From a phage: a stretch of 1,114 bases of DNA. Below, in pieces: positions 1 through 1,114 of the stretch. The stretch lies in sequence record PZ739819.1; one strand, 5' to 3'. The notes beneath the pieces are model-generated. The model saw only the letters and a list, made by a program, of their open reading frames with translations, searched no databases and had not been told where the DNA came from. A program made the position numbers and the translations under genes. Positions within the stretch are counted from its first letter, which is position 1; each line of letters opens with the position of its first letter.

Positions 1-12
1 CACAAAATTATG

Positions 13-40
13 TTGCACGTTTAACAAAAAATGCTATCAT
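13..40 (+). promoter_or_regulatory. Candidate sigma70 promoter: -35 TTGCAC (13..18), 16-nt spacer, extended -10 TGcTATCAT (32..40)
   Basis: Seen in sequence: TTGCAC matches the TTGACA consensus at 3 of 6 positions with the TTG intact; TATCAT matches TATAAT at 5 of 6; a TG dinucleotide sits one base upstream of the -10 hexamer. The predicted transcription start is near 47..48, giving a 5' UTR of about 36 nt. Hexamer-only prediction in an AT-rich intergenic stretch, so chance occurrence is quite possible. Confidence 0.3.
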
Positions 41-72
41 TGTGGCGTTACATACTAACAGCCTTTATATAT

Positions 73-77
73 GGAGG
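73..77 (+). promoter_or_regulatory. Shine-Dalgarno ribosome-binding site (GGAGG) for the CDS starting at 84
   Basis: Seen in sequence: GGAGG at 73..77, then the 6-nt spacer AAGAAA, then ATG at 84..86. The region around the start is A-rich (AAGAAAATGGAAAAAGAAAAA), which is typical of efficiently initiated genes. Confidence 0.7.
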
Positions 78-83
78 AAGAAA

Positions 84-1058
84 ATGGAAAAAGAAAAATT
101 TGATCAGCTAGATGCGGATATTGTTTCTAGCTATCTGGCTACTCGCGGCGTTAAGGGTGATGCTTCTGATATGGGTATCTGGACGGCGCAAGAGCTTCAC
201 AAGATCCGCTCTAATGCTTACGAGAAAGAATATCCGGCAGGTTCAGCGCTTCGTGTATTCCCTGTAACTAATGAGCTTTCTGATACTGATAAGACTTTTG
301 AATATCAGATGTTTGACAGGGTTGGTTACGCAAAAATTATCGCTGATTACACAGACGACCTGCCGACCGTTGACGCGCTGATGTCCAGCGAATTTGGTAA
401 AGTGTTCCGCTTGGGTAACGCGTTCTTGATCTCCATTGACGAAATCAAGGCTGGTCAGCGCACTGGTAAGAGCCTTTCCACTCGCAAGGCAAACGCAGCG
501 CAAAACGCGCATGATCAGGAAGTTAACCGCTTGGTGTTTAAGGGTTCAAAACCGCATAAGATTCTTTCGGTGTTCGAACATCCTAACCTGACAAAGATCG
601 TGTCTTCTGGCTGGTTAAGTAATGATGAAAACACTAAGTTCCCGCAGGCTGCATCTGATGAACTGGAAAAGGCTATTGAAACCATTCAGACCATCACCAA
701 TGGTCAGCACCGAGCAACCAACATCCTGATTCCGCCGTCTATGCGCAAGGTTCTTTCCGTTCGAATGGAAAACACCACTGAAAGTTATCTGGAATACTTC
801 CAGAAACAAAACAGCGGAATCACCATTGACTCAATCGCAGAGCTTGAGGATATTGATGGCGCTGGAACGAAAGGTTGCCTGGTATATGAGAAAGACCCAA
901 TGAACATGTCGATCGAAATTCCAGAAGCATTTAACATGCTTCCGGCGCAACCAAAAGATCTGCATTTCAAAGTTCCGTGCACTTCAAAATGTACTGGCCT
1001 GACGATTTACCGTCCGTTTACGCTGGTGCTTATTACTGGCTTGAAAAAATCAGGTTAA
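84..1058 (+). CDS. Putative phage/prophage structural protein, tentatively a small HK97-fold major capsid protein (encapsulin-like, DUF2184-like); 324 aa
   Basis: Seen in sequence: uninterrupted frame with ATG at 84..86 preceded by GGAGG (73..77) at 6-nt spacing, TAA stop at 1056..1058, intrinsic terminator just downstream. The N-terminus MEKEKFDQLD reads as a natural start. Codon usage is enterobacterial-like. The product call is inference from length (about 320-340 aa, typical of delta-domain-less capsid proteins), acidic soluble composition and the gene-then-terminator context; no alignment was run. Confidence that this is a real CDS is about 0.85; the stated value reflects the added uncertainty in the start and product (product alone about 0.35). 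Confidence 0.75.
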   Translation: MEKEKFDQLDADIVSSYLATRGVKGDASDMGIWTAQELHKIRSNAYEKEYPAGSALRVFPVTNELSDTDKTFEYQMFDRVGYAKIIADYTDDLPTVDALMSSEFGKVFRLGNAFLISIDEIKAGQRTGKSLSTRKANAAQNAHDQEVNRLVFKGSKPHKILSVFEHPNLTKIVSSGWLSNDENTKFPQAASDELEKAIETIQTITNGQHRATNILIPPSMRKVLSVRMENTTESYLEYFQKQNSGITIDSIAELEDIDGAGTKGCLVYEKDPMNMSIEIPEAFNMLPAQPKDLHFKVPCTSKCTGLTIYRPFTLVLITGLKKSG

Positions 1059-1071
1059 TCGTATAACATTG

Positions 1072-1102
1072 GGGAATCCTTAACTGGATTCCCTTTTTTA
1101 TT
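1072..1102 (+). terminator. Rho-independent (intrinsic) transcription terminator
   Basis: Seen in sequence: perfect 8-bp stem GGGAATCC (1072..1079) pairing with GGATTCCC (1086..1093), 5 GC and 3 AT pairs, 6-nt loop TTAACT (1080..1085), immediately followed by TTTTTTATT (1094..1102). It begins 14 nt after the TAA stop. The minus-strand reading lacks a good U-tract, so it is mainly unidirectional for the plus strand. Confidence 0.8.
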
Positions 1103-1114
1103 GGAGATTATGAA

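Noticed and set aside
11-26. Imperfect inverted repeat TGTT-gcacgttt-AACA overlapping the candidate -35
   Set aside because: Only 4-bp arms with a non-palindromic spacer; too weak to call an operator or protein-binding site.
450-473. Walker A / P-loop-like motif AGQRTGKS (matches [AG]-x4-G-K-[ST])
   Set aside because: This short pattern occurs often by chance. It lies about 120 residues into the protein, the following segment (LSTRKANAAQNAHDQ) is polar rather than the usual hydrophobic helix, and no Walker B-like hhhhDE motif is evident downstream. More likely a surface loop than a nucleotide-binding site.
243-512. Minus-strand ORF of 89 aa from the six-frame track
   Set aside because: Entirely nested antisense within the well-supported plus-strand CDS, no RBS evident, and the product is Cys/Arg-rich low-complexity text typical of antisense shadow ORFs.
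490-512. Low-complexity stretch caaacgcagcgcaaaacgcgc
   Set aside because: Simply encodes the Ala/Asn/Gln-rich segment KANAAQNAH within the CDS; not a tandem repeat or regulatory element.
615-809. Minus-strand ORF of 64 aa
   Set aside because: Nested antisense within the main CDS, short, with no supporting translation signals; most likely a shadow ORF.
102-960. Seven GATC (Dam) sites at 102, 203, 428, 513, 596, 913 and 957
   Set aside because: About 4 are expected by chance in 1.1 kb; the excess is not significant and the sites are not clustered in the regulatory region.
785-982. Minus-strand ORF of 65 aa
   Set aside because: Nested antisense within the main CDS and overlapping the previous antisense ORF; no independent support.
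1022-1029. Near-Chi sequence GCTGGTGC
   Set aside because: One mismatch from the Chi octamer GCTGGTGG; Chi activity requires an exact match, and no exact Chi was found on either strand.

Overview
The window holds one complete plus-strand gene with its translation signals and terminator. The CDS most plausibly runs 84..1058 (ATG start, 324 aa, TAA stop at 1056..1058); the ORF-track start at 42 is a GTG that over-extends it by 14 codons. A GGAGG Shine-Dalgarno sits 6 nt upstream of ATG 84, a candidate sigma70 promoter with an extended -10 lies at 13..40, and a textbook rho-independent terminator (8-bp perfect stem plus T6) follows the stop at 1072..1102. The product is an acidic, soluble protein with no evident transmembrane segment. 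My best guess is a phage or prophage HK97-fold major capsid protein of the small, delta-domain-less, encapsulin-like type (DUF2184-like), but this rests on size, composition and context recalled from memory, not on an alignment, so confidence in the product is only about 0.35. No RNA genes, CRISPR arrays, mobile-element termini or notable repeats were seen. The three minus-strand ORFs are nested antisense inside the CDS and are judged spurious. I cannot support a claim of a novel system from one gene; the most interesting points are the self-contained promoter-RBS-CDS-terminator architecture and the unverified identity of the protein.
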